Shown one piece after another: positions 1-10,359 of a stretch of 64,000 bases of DNA; position 1 is the stretch's first letter; each line of letters starts with the position of its first letter. Origin of the DNA: a phage; NCBI GenBank assembly GCA_012178725.1, contig GCA_012178725.1_3030.1; one strand, given 5' to 3'. A program made the position numbers and the translations under genes. The notes under the pieces are model-generated. The model made no database searches, was not told the DNA's origin, and was given only the letters and a program-made list of their open reading frames with translations.

Positions 1-990
1 TTTTCAAAAGCCTGGGATTTATTTAATACTGACTTTACTAAATTCTCTAGCGAAACCGGAACATGGGGTCCTTTATTACAGAGCATCTTTGATTCTATTG
101 ATAAAATTAAACAACTTTGGGAAGCGGGAGATTGGGGTGGATTGACAGCAGCTATTGTTGAAGGACTCGGAAGTGTTCTTTTTAATTTAGGAGAGCTTAT
201 TCAATTAGGTATGGCTAAATTATCTGCTGCAATTCTTCGAGTCATTCCTGGTATGAAGGATACCGCTGATGAAGTAGAAGGAAGAGCATTGGAAAATTTC
301 CAAAATTCTACTGGAGCATCTCTCAATAAAGAAGACCAAGAAAAAGTTGCAAATTATCAAGATAAACGAATGAATGGAGACCTTGGTCCGATAGCAAAAG
401 GATTAGATAAAATTGCTAATTGGAAAACTCGTGCATCTAATTGGATTCGTGGGGTTGATAATAAAGAAGCACTAACTACCGACGAAGAACGCGCAGCAGA
501 AGAAGAAAAATTAAAGCAACTTTCACCTGAAGAAAGAAAAAATGCTTTAATGAAGGCTAATGAAGCACGTGCCGCGATGATTCGTTTTGAAAAATATGCT
601 GATTCAGCTGATATGAGTAAAGACTCAACGGTTAAATCAGTTGAAGCTGCCTATGAAGACCTTAAAAAACGGATGGATGACCCGGATTTAAATAATTCAC
701 CGGCAGTTAAAAAAGAACTTGCTGCTAGATTTTCTAAAATTGATGCTACTTATCAAGAGCTCAAGAAAAATCAGCCTAATGCCAAACCTGAAACTTCTGC
801 TAAATCACCAGAAGCGAAACAAGTCCAGGTGATTGAAAAGAACAAAGCACAGCAAGCTCCTGTTCAACAAGCATCTCCTTCGATCAATAATACTAATAAT
901 GTTATTAAGAAAAATACTGTCGTTCATAATATGACACCTGTCACAAGCACAACTGCTCCTGGTGTATTTGATGCGACTGGGGTTAATTAA
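1..990 (+). CDS. 29: baseplate hub / tail-length determinator gp29, C-terminal part (ORF open to window start)
   Basis: Frame 1 is open from nt 1 with no stop; listed start at 142 is a TTG; position immediately upstream of gp48/gp54 as in T4 baseplate operon. Confidence 0.6.
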   Translation, partial: FSKAWDLFNTDFTKFSSETGTWGPLLQSIFDSIDKIKQLWEAGDWGGLTAAIVEGLGSVLFNLGELIQLGMAKLSAAILRVIPGMKDTADEVEGRALENFQNSTGASLNKEDQEKVANYQDKRMNGDLGPIAKGLDKIANWKTRASNWIRGVDNKEALTTDEERAAEEEKLKQLSPEERKNALMKANEARAAMIRFEKYADSADMSKDSTVKSVEAAYEDLKKRMDDPDLNNSPAVKKELAARFSKIDATYQELKKNQPNAKPETSAKSPEAKQVQVIEKNKAQQAPVQQASPSINNTNNVIKKNTVVHNMTPVTSTTAPGVFDATGVN

Positions 991-998
991 GGAATAAT

Positions 999-2093
999 AT
1001 GGCAATTGTTAAAGAAATAACTGCTGATTTAATTAAAAAGTCCGGTGAGAAAATTTCAGCCGGGCAGAGTACTAAATCAGAAGTAGGAACTAAAACATAC
1101 ACAGCCCAGTTTCCAACTGGGCGTGCTAGTGGTAATGACACTACAGGGGACTTCCAGGTAACAGATCTATATAAGAATGGATTATTATTTACTGCATACA
1201 ATATGTCATCTAGGGATTCTGGAAGTCTTAGATCGATGAGATCTAACTACTCTTCTTCATCTTCGAGTATTTTACGTACAGCTAGAAACACTATTAGTAG
1301 TACAGTATCAAAACTATCAAATGGATTAATATCAAATAATAATTCAGGAACAATAAGTAAAGCTCCTATCGCAAACATTCTTTTACCGAGATCTAAATCT
1401 GATGTTGATACATCATCACATAGATTTAATGATGTTCAAGAAAGCCTTATCAGTAGAGGCGGAGGTACTGCTACTGGTGTGCTAAGTAATATTGCTTCAA
1501 CCGCAGTATTTGGGGCACTGGAAAGTATAACACAAGGTATAATGGCTGATAATAATGAACAGATTTATACGACAGCCAGAAGTATGTATGGTGGTGCTGA
1601 AAATAGAACTAAAGTGTTTACATGGGATTTGACTCCACGTTCAACAGAAGATTTAATGGCTATTATTAATATCTATCAATATTTTAACTATTTTTCTTAT
1701 GGTGAAACGGGTAAATCTCAATATGCTGCTGAAATAAAGGGGTATTTAGATGATTGGTATCGTTCTACGTTAATTGAACCTTTATCTCCGGAAGACGCAG
1801 CTAAAAATAAAACACTATTTGAGAAAATGACATCGAGTTTAACTAACGTTCTAGTGGTTTCAAACCCGACAATTTGGATGGTGAAAAACTTTGGTGCAAC
1901 ATCTAAGTTTGATGGAAAAACGGAAATATTTGGTCCATGCCAAATACAGAGCATCAGATTTGATAAAACACCTAATGGTAACTTTAATGGATTAGCTATT
2001 GCTCCAAACCTCCCTAGTACATTTACTCTCGAGATTACTATGAGAGAAATTATCACGTTAAACCGTGCTTCTTTATATGCGGGGACTTTTTAA
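999..2093 (+). CDS. 48: baseplate tail-tube junction protein gp48
   Basis: 364 aa, same length as T4 gp48; Ser-rich; synteny 29-48-54. Confidence 0.8.
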   Translation: MAIVKEITADLIKKSGEKISAGQSTKSEVGTKTYTAQFPTGRASGNDTTGDFQVTDLYKNGLLFTAYNMSSRDSGSLRSMRSNYSSSSSSILRTARNTISSTVSKLSNGLISNNNSGTISKAPIANILLPRSKSDVDTSSHRFNDVQESLISRGGGTATGVLSNIASTAVFGALESITQGIMADNNEQIYTTARSMYGGAENRTKVFTWDLTPRSTEDLMAIINIYQYFNYFSYGETGKSQYAAEIKGYLDDWYRSTLIEPLSPEDAAKNKTLFEKMTSSLTNVLVVSNPTIWMVKNFGATSKFDGKTEIFGPCQIQSIRFDKTPNGNFNGLAIAPNLPSTFTLEITMREIITLNRASLYAGTF

Positions 2094-3058
2094 TGTATTC
2101 TTTAGAGGAATTTAATAATCAAGCAATAAACGCAGATTTCCAACGTAATAATATGTTTAGCTGCGTTTTTGCGACAACTCCATCAACTAAAAGCTCTTCG
2201 TTGATAAGTTCAATTAGCAACTTTTCTTATAATAACTTGGGCCTAAATTCAGATTGGTTAGGATTAACTCAAGGCGATATTAATCAGGGAATTACCACGC
2301 TAATTACAGCTGGCACACAAAAACTGATAAGAAAATCAGGGGTTAGTAAATATCTTATTGGTGCCATGAGTCAACGCACAGTTCAAAGTTTATTAGGCTC
2401 ATTTACAGTTGGTACATATTTAATTGACTTCTTTAACATGGCATATAACTCATCTGGATTGATGATATATTCTGTAAAAATGCCAGAGAATAGATTATCC
2501 TATGAAACTGACTGGAACTATAATTCTCCTAATATTCGTATAACTGGAAGAGAATTAGACCCTTTGGTTATTTCATTTAGAATGGATTCAGAAGCTTGTA
2601 ACTATCGTGCAATGCAAGACTGGGTTAACTCTGTTCAAGACCCAGTAACTGGATTACGTGCTTTGCCACAAGATGTCGAGGCAGATATTCAGGTTAATCT
2701 TCATGCTCGTAATGGATTACCTCATACTGCAGTGATGTTCACTGGCTGTATTCCAATATCTGTGAGTGCTCCTGAGTTATCATATGATGGAGATAACCAA
2801 ATAACTACATTTGATGTTACTTTCGCTTATAGAGTCATGCAGGCTGGAGCAGTTGATAGACAAGCTGCCCTTGAATGGCTTGAATCTGCTACTATAAATG
2901 GTATTCAAAGCGTTCTCGGAAATAGTGGAGGTGTTACTGGACTATCTAATTCGCTTTCACGACTTAGTAGATTAGGGGGAACTGCAGGAAGCATTTCAAA
3001 TATTAATACTATGACAGGAATTGTCAATTCGCAAAGTAAAATATTGGGAGCAATATAA
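2093..3058 (+). CDS. 54: baseplate tail-tube initiator gp54
   Basis: 321 aa; start overlaps gp48 stop (translational coupling); synteny. Confidence 0.8.
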   Translation: MYSLEEFNNQAINADFQRNNMFSCVFATTPSTKSSSLISSISNFSYNNLGLNSDWLGLTQGDINQGITTLITAGTQKLIRKSGVSKYLIGAMSQRTVQSLLGSFTVGTYLIDFFNMAYNSSGLMIYSVKMPENRLSYETDWNYNSPNIRITGRELDPLVISFRMDSEACNYRAMQDWVNSVQDPVTGLRALPQDVEADIQVNLHARNGLPHTAVMFTGCIPISVSAPELSYDGDNQITTFDVTFAYRVMQAGAVDRQAALEWLESATINGIQSVLGNSGGVTGLSNSLSRLSRLGGTAGSISNINTMTGIVNSQSKILGAI

Positions 3059-3062
3059 CAAT

Positions 3063-3092
3063 GGGGACCTTTCGGTCCCCATATTTTTATTT
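3063..3092 (+). terminator. rho-independent terminator after gene 54
   Basis: GGGGACC-TTTC-GGTCCCC hairpin followed by ATATTTTTATTT. Confidence 0.7.
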
Positions 3093-3377
3093 ACGGAATG
3101 AAATGAAAGCAGAAACTGAAGCAACTAAACTGTCTTCAATATAAACTTCAATTTTTACCGGAGCTTCTGACTCAAATTTACCTGTTACTACACCCTGAAA
3201 AATACTTTCAGTTTGTTCTGGCTTTGAAAAATTTTCAGAAGGAAAAATTCCGAACTTTTTATCTGTTCCAAAAATTTTAATAAATTCATCGTAAACTGCT
3301 TCATTAAAAGCATTATCAGCAGGAATAACGCCTTCAACTACAAGTTCTTGACCTAAAAAGCGCAAAGAAGATTTCAT
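3087..3377 (-). CDS. hypothetical protein downstream of alt
   Basis: 96 aa ORF with upstream early-type promoter. Confidence 0.5.
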   Translation of the reverse strand: MKSSLRFLGQELVVEGVIPADNAFNEAVYDEFIKIFGTDKKFGIFPSENFSKPEQTESIFQGVVTGKFESEAPVKIEVYIEDSLVASVSAFISFRK

Positions 3378-3395
3378 TTTGTGTTCCTCATGTTA

Positions 3396-3430
3396 TGTCA
3401 GTAAGACTACTATAACACAACATAAGGGAC
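3396..3430 (-). promoter_or_regulatory. T4-type early promoter
   Basis: Minus strand GTTTAC, about 17 nt spacer, TGTGTTATAGT extended -10; near-identical copy at 19226-19260. Confidence 0.5.
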
Positions 3431-3437
3431 TTGTAAA

Positions 3438-5495
3438 CTACATTTTGAACTTTTTAGACATTCCGTTGATGTTAACCAAAGAAGCCAAGATTTGAGAAAC
3501 TTCGTTTTCCTCTTCTTTTGATTCTTCTACAAGAAATTGATTAAATCCAGCCATTGGACGAACTTCACCAGTTTCCATTAAATGGTCGCCATCATATACC
3601 GATTCCTCTAATTGTTCAGAAGGAGGAACGATTGTACCTTCGATTAGATACTTGTTATAAGCAGTTTCTTTCATAAAGTACGTACTTACTTTATTAATCT
3701 TCAGTAAAATTCCACGCGGTAGAATAACTTCAGCTTCTGATGGAAATCCTGATAAATGACCTGGAACGATAACTTTGATTCGCTCAGCTCCTTTAATTAC
3801 CATACCCACGCTAGTTTCAGCATCTTCATTAGCATATGTAGAATGACTACCCATATGCATCAAATCTTCTGCGTCAACTGAACCTTCTCCTTCACCAGAA
3901 AATACTGCGCCGGAATCATCTAGAGCCATATAGTTTTTACCATGCTCACCGAAGATATTTGGTTTAAGAGATGTGGATACGAAGTTCTTGAAATAGAACA
4001 TTTTGTTTTCAATGTTATGACGCAAAGTTTTAAAGGTAACTTCTTGTCCGCGATAAAGCGTAGTTCCTGGAGGAAGAACTGAACCTTTAGCGAATGCAGA
4101 ATCCAACGTCTCGATGTGCTTAATAGCTCGTTCCATATATTCTTCACGGGTAGAATCTGGTTTACCCAAAAGGAACGAGTTCATTTCAACATATGAATCT
4201 GCACAATAATCTTCAATTACATCAGATTCGGCCTGAGTCAGTCCTTTTGGAGTTACTTCAGTGCTTGCGTATTCATATGCCTGGGCAGCAGATTCATTAA
4301 TCAATTTATAAATGCCATTCATGACAAATTGAATAATAGCTGTCTTTTCATCTGGCGTAGCTTTAGAACCTTTAACTAAATCATTAATAATTTTCTTAAT
4401 AACATCAAAGCTATTAGAAATATTAATGTCAGCAAGATCGCTTAAAATTTTATCAGTTTTATAATCAAAGAATTCTTTATTCTTTAAATATTCTTGAGAA
4501 CCTTGATATGTTATATCGCTCTGCAACTTGATAGATGGATCACGTAAACGTGCGTGGGCCAATGCAATATGATTTCGGAAGTTTTCTAGTTCATAATCGC
4601 TAGATTTAAAACGAGAAGCACTTCTCATACCACCGATAGCTCCTTTGCTGAAGTTTGAACCAATCTGGATAACGCCAGAGTTCATCGGACCTTCTGCTTT
4701 ATATACCGGAACTTTAGATTCAAACTCTTGATATTTCTTTGCAGCGAAGCTATCACCCTGAAGTGAAGCATCGACAGTAGAATATTGAGCTTGTGCTGCT
4801 AATCGACGACTAATTTTAGTTTTTTGAATAACAGCTTGATCCGTGCGCTTATCATTTTCTAAAGCAATAGAAGCAGCAACAGCGACAGCTTTAGGAACAG
4901 CATTACCTGTTTTAACATCTACATAAACATCACCGACCTTTGATTCAACTTTTGTGAATAACTCAGTTGAAATAGGAGGTACACCTGGAATGTCTTCTAA
5001 ATTGGCATTTTTACGGTAAACCATAATATATGCATATTTCTTATCATAGTCCCAGATTTCCTTTAAAAGAACATATCGACCTGCTCCTTTAGTACGTACT
5101 AAACGGTCAGCAATAACTTGCATTTGACGAGCAGCGCCATTTGTTTTACTCTTTAGTACACGGAATAAGCACGCGTCAATTTTATACTGCTTCATTGTTT
5201 GAAGAGCAGTATCAAAAACAGCATTAATGACGCCAATTGGATTTCCACCCAAGTTTCTAAGCTTAACCAGTGATAATTTCTCGTTGACACCTATCATTAC
5301 GATATGCATCATTTTATCGCCTGGCTTAACGTTTTTATTTGTATCACCACCAGAGGTGTATGTACAAAATCTAAATCCAGGAAGCACGCTTTCTTCGCCG
5401 GCTTGAATAGCAAAAATTTGTGGTATTTTATGCTTAGGATTTAAGTTAACAACCGGCGCCGAAGCGCCGTCAAATAATTCTGTAATAAGTTCCAT
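3438..5495 (-). CDS. Alt-like ADP-ribosyltransferase, paralog of alt
   Basis: 685 aa; N-terminal MELITELFD propeptide-like start; C-terminal R-S-E motifs (LYRGQ, FVSTSL, EAEVILPRG); central region diverged from neighbour. Confidence 0.8.
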   Translation of the reverse strand: MELITELFDGASAPVVNLNPKHKIPQIFAIQAGEESVLPGFRFCTYTSGGDTNKNVKPGDKMMHIVMIGVNEKLSLVKLRNLGGNPIGVINAVFDTALQTMKQYKIDACLFRVLKSKTNGAARQMQVIADRLVRTKGAGRYVLLKEIWDYDKKYAYIMVYRKNANLEDIPGVPPISTELFTKVESKVGDVYVDVKTGNAVPKAVAVAASIALENDKRTDQAVIQKTKISRRLAAQAQYSTVDASLQGDSFAAKKYQEFESKVPVYKAEGPMNSGVIQIGSNFSKGAIGGMRSASRFKSSDYELENFRNHIALAHARLRDPSIKLQSDITYQGSQEYLKNKEFFDYKTDKILSDLADINISNSFDVIKKIINDLVKGSKATPDEKTAIIQFVMNGIYKLINESAAQAYEYASTEVTPKGLTQAESDVIEDYCADSYVEMNSFLLGKPDSTREEYMERAIKHIETLDSAFAKGSVLPPGTTLYRGQEVTFKTLRHNIENKMFYFKNFVSTSLKPNIFGEHGKNYMALDDSGAVFSGEGEGSVDAEDLMHMGSHSTYANEDAETSVGMVIKGAERIKVIVPGHLSGFPSEAEVILPRGILLKINKVSTYFMKETAYNKYLIEGTIVPPSEQLEESVYDGDHLMETGEVRPMAGFNQFLVEESKEEENEVSQILASLVNINGMSKKFKM

Positions 5496-5498
5496 GAT

Positions 5499-7550
5499 TT
5501 ATCCTTGAACGAACTTGTAAGGCATGTTTGCAATATCTATGCAAGACGCAATAATTCCAAGAGATGATTCTACTTTCTGTTTAACATTTGATGAAACAAA
5601 TGATGCAAAGTCAACTCTATCTTCTATATCACCTGTCATTGTAACCAATTCACCAGTTTCCATTAAATGGTCTCCGTCATAGATTACCGATTCGGTGAGT
5701 TCTTCTGTGGTCATAACTTCAGCTTGAATAAGCTTGTTGTTAGTTTTAACTGTTCCATCATTGTAAGATGCATCGGTTATTTTATTAACTTTGACCATTA
5801 ATCCACGTGGCAAAATGACTTCCATTTCATTTGAAGGCGCTAAACTTCCACCGGGTAAAACAACATTGACCTTATCAGCCCCAGTAATAACCCATCCAAT
5901 TCCGACTAAATTATCGCTAGAATTAACAAGCCCTTCATCATTTTTATCGATAGAAATGTTTAGACGCTTTTCATCTGGTAAAACACCAATAGCTGAATCA
6001 GTCATCCAAGTACCAAAAATGTTTGGATATAATGATGTTGATACAAAATTTCTAAAATAAAAAACTCGATTTTTTACCAATGTTTCATATATTGAAGGTA
6101 ACATTCGCTGTGAACGATATAAAGTAATACCCTTTGGCAATCGATCACCATTTTTAAAGGCTGAATCTAAATTATCGATGGCTTGTTCTATTTCAGGTGC
6201 TGTTAAAATACTTGTACGCTCATCTGGATTATATAATCCCAAAAGAGCATTATTCATGTCTACATATCCTGAACCTACATATTCACGAATTCCGCGTTTT
6301 TGCGCTGGTGTGTATTTAGATGAATCTTTATTTTCGACTATAGAATGCAATGACCATCCAACAGTAAGAGCATATCCACGTAATTCTCTTCGAATAATCT
6401 TTGTTTTTATTGCATTCCAAGAATTTTGCACTAACTCATTATTCGCAGCGTCTTGATTTAAATGCGAATGCTTGTTAATATTTCTTTCTAACCAAGCACC
6501 TTTATATTTTTCTAAAGTATCATCGACTATAGAAGCAATAGTTTCTAAAGTTTTTATTGAAGTAATAGATTCTTTTCGTAATCTTTCTAAAGCTTTATTT
6601 TTTATTTCTGTATTAACATCAGTTTCTTTATCTTCAGGAATTATAGAAGCTTCTCTGAATGCCATTCCAGCTGTAACACTATTAAGAGCATTCTCTAATG
6701 CAAATCCTGAAGTAGAAATAACAGTTAATTCATTAGCATCAGAAATTAAAGGAGCGTCAGCAGGTTTATTTAATTCTGCTGCTGAAGCCTCAAATTTTTG
6801 AAACATCGGTGTTTCAAATCTAGAAGATTCCAATGACTGACTTTGTGCAATTGCTCTACGTGAAATTTTAACTTTAACGATTACAGCTTGGTCAGAACGT
6901 TTATCATTTTCTTGTGCAATAGATGCTGCAATTGCCTCATTTTTAGTTACTTGAGCTCCAGTATCTTTATTGATATAAACATCGCCGACTTTCGATTCAA
7001 CTTTAGTAAAGAGCTCGGTACTAATTTCCGGAACTCCTGGAATGTCTTCTAGTGATACATTTTTGCGATGTATAAGAATATATGCATACTTTTTATCATA
7101 ATCCCAGAGTTCCTTAAGAAGGACGTATCTGCCACCTGAACGACTACGGATAAGTCTATCAGCAATAACTTGAATTTGTCGAGCTTGGCCAGCAGTTTTA
7201 GACTTAAGAATACGAAGCATACAAGCATCAATTTTATACTGACGCATTGTTTGCATTGCAACAGTAAAAACTGAATTGATATAATTAATTGGGCTTGGAC
7301 CAAGACCTTTTAATTTAGCAATTGAACCTTTAGCAGTTAATGTAAAAGGAACAATATGCATCATTTTATCGCCCATTTTTAAATCACGATTAGTATCACC
7401 TCCAGATGTATAGGTACATAAACGAAAGCCTGGTTGTTCAATTGCATCATCAACATGAACTGAAAAAATTTGTGGTATTTTCTTCTTTGGATTTAAGTTT
7501 GTAATCGGAAGAGTAGTATCTTCGTCAAATAATTCTGTAATGAGTTCCAT
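5499..7550 (-). CDS. alt: Alt ADP-ribosyltransferase (capsid-packaged, injected)
   Basis: About 683 aa from second ATG (SD GAGGA spacing); R-S-E motifs (LYRSQ, FVSTSL, EMEVILPRG); late promoter upstream; synteny between 54 and 30. Confidence 0.85.
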   Translation of the reverse strand: MELITELFDEDTTLPITNLNPKKKIPQIFSVHVDDAIEQPGFRLCTYTSGGDTNRDLKMGDKMMHIVPFTLTAKGSIAKLKGLGPSPINYINSVFTVAMQTMRQYKIDACMLRILKSKTAGQARQIQVIADRLIRSRSGGRYVLLKELWDYDKKYAYILIHRKNVSLEDIPGVPEISTELFTKVESKVGDVYINKDTGAQVTKNEAIAASIAQENDKRSDQAVIVKVKISRRAIAQSQSLESSRFETPMFQKFEASAAELNKPADAPLISDANELTVISTSGFALENALNSVTAGMAFREASIIPEDKETDVNTEIKNKALERLRKESITSIKTLETIASIVDDTLEKYKGAWLERNINKHSHLNQDAANNELVQNSWNAIKTKIIRRELRGYALTVGWSLHSIVENKDSSKYTPAQKRGIREYVGSGYVDMNNALLGLYNPDERTSILTAPEIEQAIDNLDSAFKNGDRLPKGITLYRSQRMLPSIYETLVKNRVFYFRNFVSTSLYPNIFGTWMTDSAIGVLPDEKRLNISIDKNDEGLVNSSDNLVGIGWVITGADKVNVVLPGGSLAPSNEMEVILPRGLMVKVNKITDASYNDGTVKTNNKLIQAEVMTTEELTESVIYDGDHLMETGELVTMTGDIEDRVDFASFVSSNVKQKVESSLGIIASCIDIANMPYKFVQG

Positions 7551-7573
7551 CATATCCTCTCTAGTGTTTATTC

Positions 7574-7581
7574 TATTTATA
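7574..7581 (-). promoter_or_regulatory. late promoter TATAAATA upstream of alt
   Basis: Exact TATAAATA on minus strand about 25 nt upstream of alt ATG. Confidence 0.6.
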
Positions 7582-7586
7582 AAATT

Positions 7587-7604
7587 AAAGGCCCGAAGGC
7601 CTTT
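7587..7604 (-). other. intergenic stem-loop (tetraloop hairpin)
   Basis: AAAGGCC-CGAA-GGCCTTT perfect palindrome overlapping stop of upstream ORF; possible terminator or RNA stabiliser. Confidence 0.45.
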
Positions 7605-7791
7605 AATAATCTATTGGTAAGAGAGTACGATATATTTCAAACTTTGGACCTTTTTCATAGGCATCAAAAGTTTCTGTGAATTTATTATAAGCATATGCAT
7701 CTATAAATTCAATCATGATTTGTGATACAGAAGTAGAAACATCTCCACCTTCTTTTTGAGCCACGACAATTGTTTCTAAGTAAGCTTTCAT
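7603..7791 (-). CDS. hypothetical small protein between gene 30 and alt
   Basis: 62 aa ORF overlapping ligase stop. Confidence 0.4.
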   Translation of the reverse strand: MKAYLETIVVAQKEGGDVSTSVSQIMIEFIDAYAYNKFTETFDAYEKGPKFEIYRTLLPIDY

Positions 7792-9251
7792 AAACCAGTT
7801 ACCTCATGAAAATCACCAAATACATCTTCGAATGTATTAGCTTTAGTTTTATCTTCACGTAAACGAATCGCAATCGGAAGAAATAATTTAACGTAATCAG
7901 TGCGGCCATCAGATTTTAACCAACCGTTGCATTCGCACTCTAGAATTTTTCCAATATAATAATTTTGGTTTTCCATAATGCGAGTACGGTCAAGTTCATG
8001 CGATTTTACACCGGCTTTATCTTTTAAGCCTGAACCAGCATTTACTTTAATTTTTCCACACTCTGATTCAAGAATAAATCCACCCGCTTTAGTAGGGTCT
8101 TTACGGTGAGGATAAATTCCTACAATTTTTAAATCAACATCAATTACTTCTTTAAATTTATAGAGATTTTTTGAACGAGCATTTTCCCATAATCCATCGA
8201 TATTTTTGAGAATAATACCTTCAAGACCTTGGTCAATATATTTTTTATAAATTACCTTAGCTTCATTTAGGTTATTTACTACCTGGTTTTCAATTAAAAT
8301 TACTTTATCATATCCTGATGTCATTTGTTCTAGTTTAGAAAAACGTACATCATATTTTAAACGAAACGCTGGAAGACCGTATATTTCTACCAACGGGACA
8401 TAATCCCAGACCTGAAACTTCATACATTGAGCTTCTTTTTCAGAAATGGTTCCTTTTAAGGATTTATTGGCGATTCCATTAGAAGTAGTACGAGATTCCG
8501 CTACTTCGGCGAATTCTTTAGCTTTACTAATTTCAGGATAAGCATCAAAAAGAAAATCTAGGCCTTCTGGTTCCTTTTTAACTTGCTCATGGTATACCAA
8601 TTCGCCATCAATTAACACACCTTCTGGATGAATCTGGCGGGCTTCAGCAGTCATTTTGATTAACTCTTCTTTAAGAAGATCTAATCCTAGATATTCATTA
8701 CCAGCTCGTGATAAAAGACGAACATCATCTAATTCATCGCCTCGGACTTCAGCAAAACACCGAGCTCCATCAGCTTTTAACTGCGCAAAAGCTGGAAACT
8801 TGATATTCTTACTAATGCCTTTTTCATCATAAGAACTTGCCAGCATTTGAGGTTGTTCAGGAATTAAACCTGGCCAAACTTTGTTTGCAATAGATACTGA
8901 AGCACCGCATTCAAGGTCTCGCATCATAACTCGACGCAAAACTTCAACATCATCCTTTTTACCATCGGTGATATATCCAGTTAATTCCTCAATTGCTGCA
9001 TTGCCAGTTAATTTCCGAGTAGCTAACGTGAATTCAATGAAGTCAAGCATATCGGTAATAGTCAGCATTCCAAAACTCTGGGTAGCAATACCAGGTTTAG
9101 GCCATTTCTTGATATAATACTGCAACCCACGAGAATAAGTTAAACGATATACTCGTTTAAGCAATTCATTATCTTTATTCTTTTCAAGAATTGCTTGCTT
9201 CTGCTTAGTTGAACCAATAGATGCTATTTCGTTCAGAATTTTAAGAATCAT
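7788..9251 (-). CDS. 30: ATP-dependent DNA ligase gp30
   Basis: 487 aa; KADGAR adenylation motif; recognised as T4 DNA ligase. Confidence 0.95.
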   Translation of the reverse strand: MILKILNEIASIGSTKQKQAILEKNKDNELLKRVYRLTYSRGLQYYIKKWPKPGIATQSFGMLTITDMLDFIEFTLATRKLTGNAAIEELTGYITDGKKDDVEVLRRVMMRDLECGASVSIANKVWPGLIPEQPQMLASSYDEKGISKNIKFPAFAQLKADGARCFAEVRGDELDDVRLLSRAGNEYLGLDLLKEELIKMTAEARQIHPEGVLIDGELVYHEQVKKEPEGLDFLFDAYPEISKAKEFAEVAESRTTSNGIANKSLKGTISEKEAQCMKFQVWDYVPLVEIYGLPAFRLKYDVRFSKLEQMTSGYDKVILIENQVVNNLNEAKVIYKKYIDQGLEGIILKNIDGLWENARSKNLYKFKEVIDVDLKIVGIYPHRKDPTKAGGFILESECGKIKVNAGSGLKDKAGVKSHELDRTRIMENQNYYIGKILECECNGWLKSDGRTDYVKLFLPIAIRLREDKTKANTFEDVFGDFHEVTGL

Positions 9252-9517
9252 TGTTCATCCTTTAGAGTTTGGTTTACAGCTCTATTATAAATCAATTCAT
9301 CATTAAGCTCAGTCAAAGACCTGTGGTACGTGGTTCTAACTTTATTTCCTTGCATCCAGTGCTTGACGTAAATGAAACCTTGTTCTACGCATTTTTTAAA
9401 AATTCGTTCGTCTTTTTGAGCACGGAATTCTGGATTGCATCTAAAAAATTGATTTACGTGACCGTAATCACGTGTAGTATTACCTTCATTTTCATAAATA
9501 GTATGAACAACAAACAT
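9248..9517 (-). CDS. hypothetical protein (30.1-like position)
   Basis: 89 aa ORF overlapping neighbours by 4 nt. Confidence 0.5.
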   Translation of the reverse strand: MFVVHTIYENEGNTTRDYGHVNQFFRCNPEFRAQKDERIFKKCVEQGFIYVKHWMQGNKVRTTYHRSLTELNDELIYNRAVNQTLKDEQ

Positions 9518-10359
9518 TAGAATGCTCCTTGAAAAATATTATCACCACTAGTAGGTCTATTATACAAATACTCTATGCCACCAGGTTTAATATAGTTCCA
9601 TGTATGAAATGGATGCACATGATATGGATGTGTATAATATGGATGGTATGGATTTAATCCAGGAGTTCTCCAGGTAGTATTCCAACGAAAAGAATCGTTT
9701 TTAATCATCTTTTCAATTGCATCTTTTACAGCTTTTTCACTATCAAAACTTTCTTTATTTTCCTTCAATGGAAAAAGCTTATTCTCTACATCATTCCATG
9801 TATAAACTCGCTGAGCAGTTTTTGGAATACTGTCACGTTCCCCTCGAGCCATCCAATACACAGGAACACGTAATATTTCACTCGCATGATCGCAGTGATG
9901 AGCGAGATCGTCAATATAACAAATTACGTTATATTTCTCTTTTGCCTTTTTGAACAACTCTTCTTTTGAAGAATCATGACCACACATCATTACTTCTGAG
10001 AAGGCACCAGGAAAAAGAGCATTCAAATTAAATTGACGATTCAGCAGAGCGTCAATAGAATCACCCAGCGCTGTAACAGCTACAAAATTATAATCTTCTT
10101 TTAACTTGTTAATTACACACAGAGCATCTTTATATGGAGACAAGTAACGAATAAAATCTGATCGATTGTATTTTTCAATTAACTTAACACCAAGTTCTTC
10201 ATCACAATTAAAAAGTTTACCTGGAGAAATAAATTTCTCATCTTGGATCATTTTTAAAATATGTTCCAACGGAAGATTATATTTCTGAGCAAAATAAGGA
10301 AGGCCTGATTGCCAGCTTAAACATACTCCATCAATATCAGTTAAAATAGTAGGCTTCAT
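9517..10359 (-). CDS. HAD-superfamily hydrolase-like protein with His/Tyr-rich C-terminal tail
   Basis: N-terminal DIDGV (HAD motif I), later ICYIDD; C-terminus PYHPYYTHPYHVHPFHTW. Confidence 0.55.
   Translation of the reverse strand: MKPTILTDIDGVCLSWQSGLPYFAQKYNLPLEHILKMIQDEKFISPGKLFNCDEELGVKLIEKYNRSDFIRYLSPYKDALCVINKLKEDYNFVAVTALGDSIDALLNRQFNLNALFPGAFSEVMMCGHDSSKEELFKKAKEKYNVICYIDDLAHHCDHASEILRVPVYWMARGERDSIPKTAQRVYTWNDVENKLFPLKENKESFDSEKAVKDAIEKMIKNDSFRWNTTWRTPGLNPYHPYYTHPYHVHPFHTWNYIKPGGIEYLYNRPTSGDNIFQGAF

Noticed and set aside
142-144. Start codon for the first ORF at position 142
   Set aside because: The codon is TTG and the frame is open back to nt 1; the ORF is the 3' portion of a gene that begins upstream of the window.
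5791-6801. Plus-strand ORFs (89-109 aa) inside the alt gene
   Set aside because: Antisense to a long, motif-bearing ORF; no expression signals; typical spurious ORFs in AT-rich DNA.
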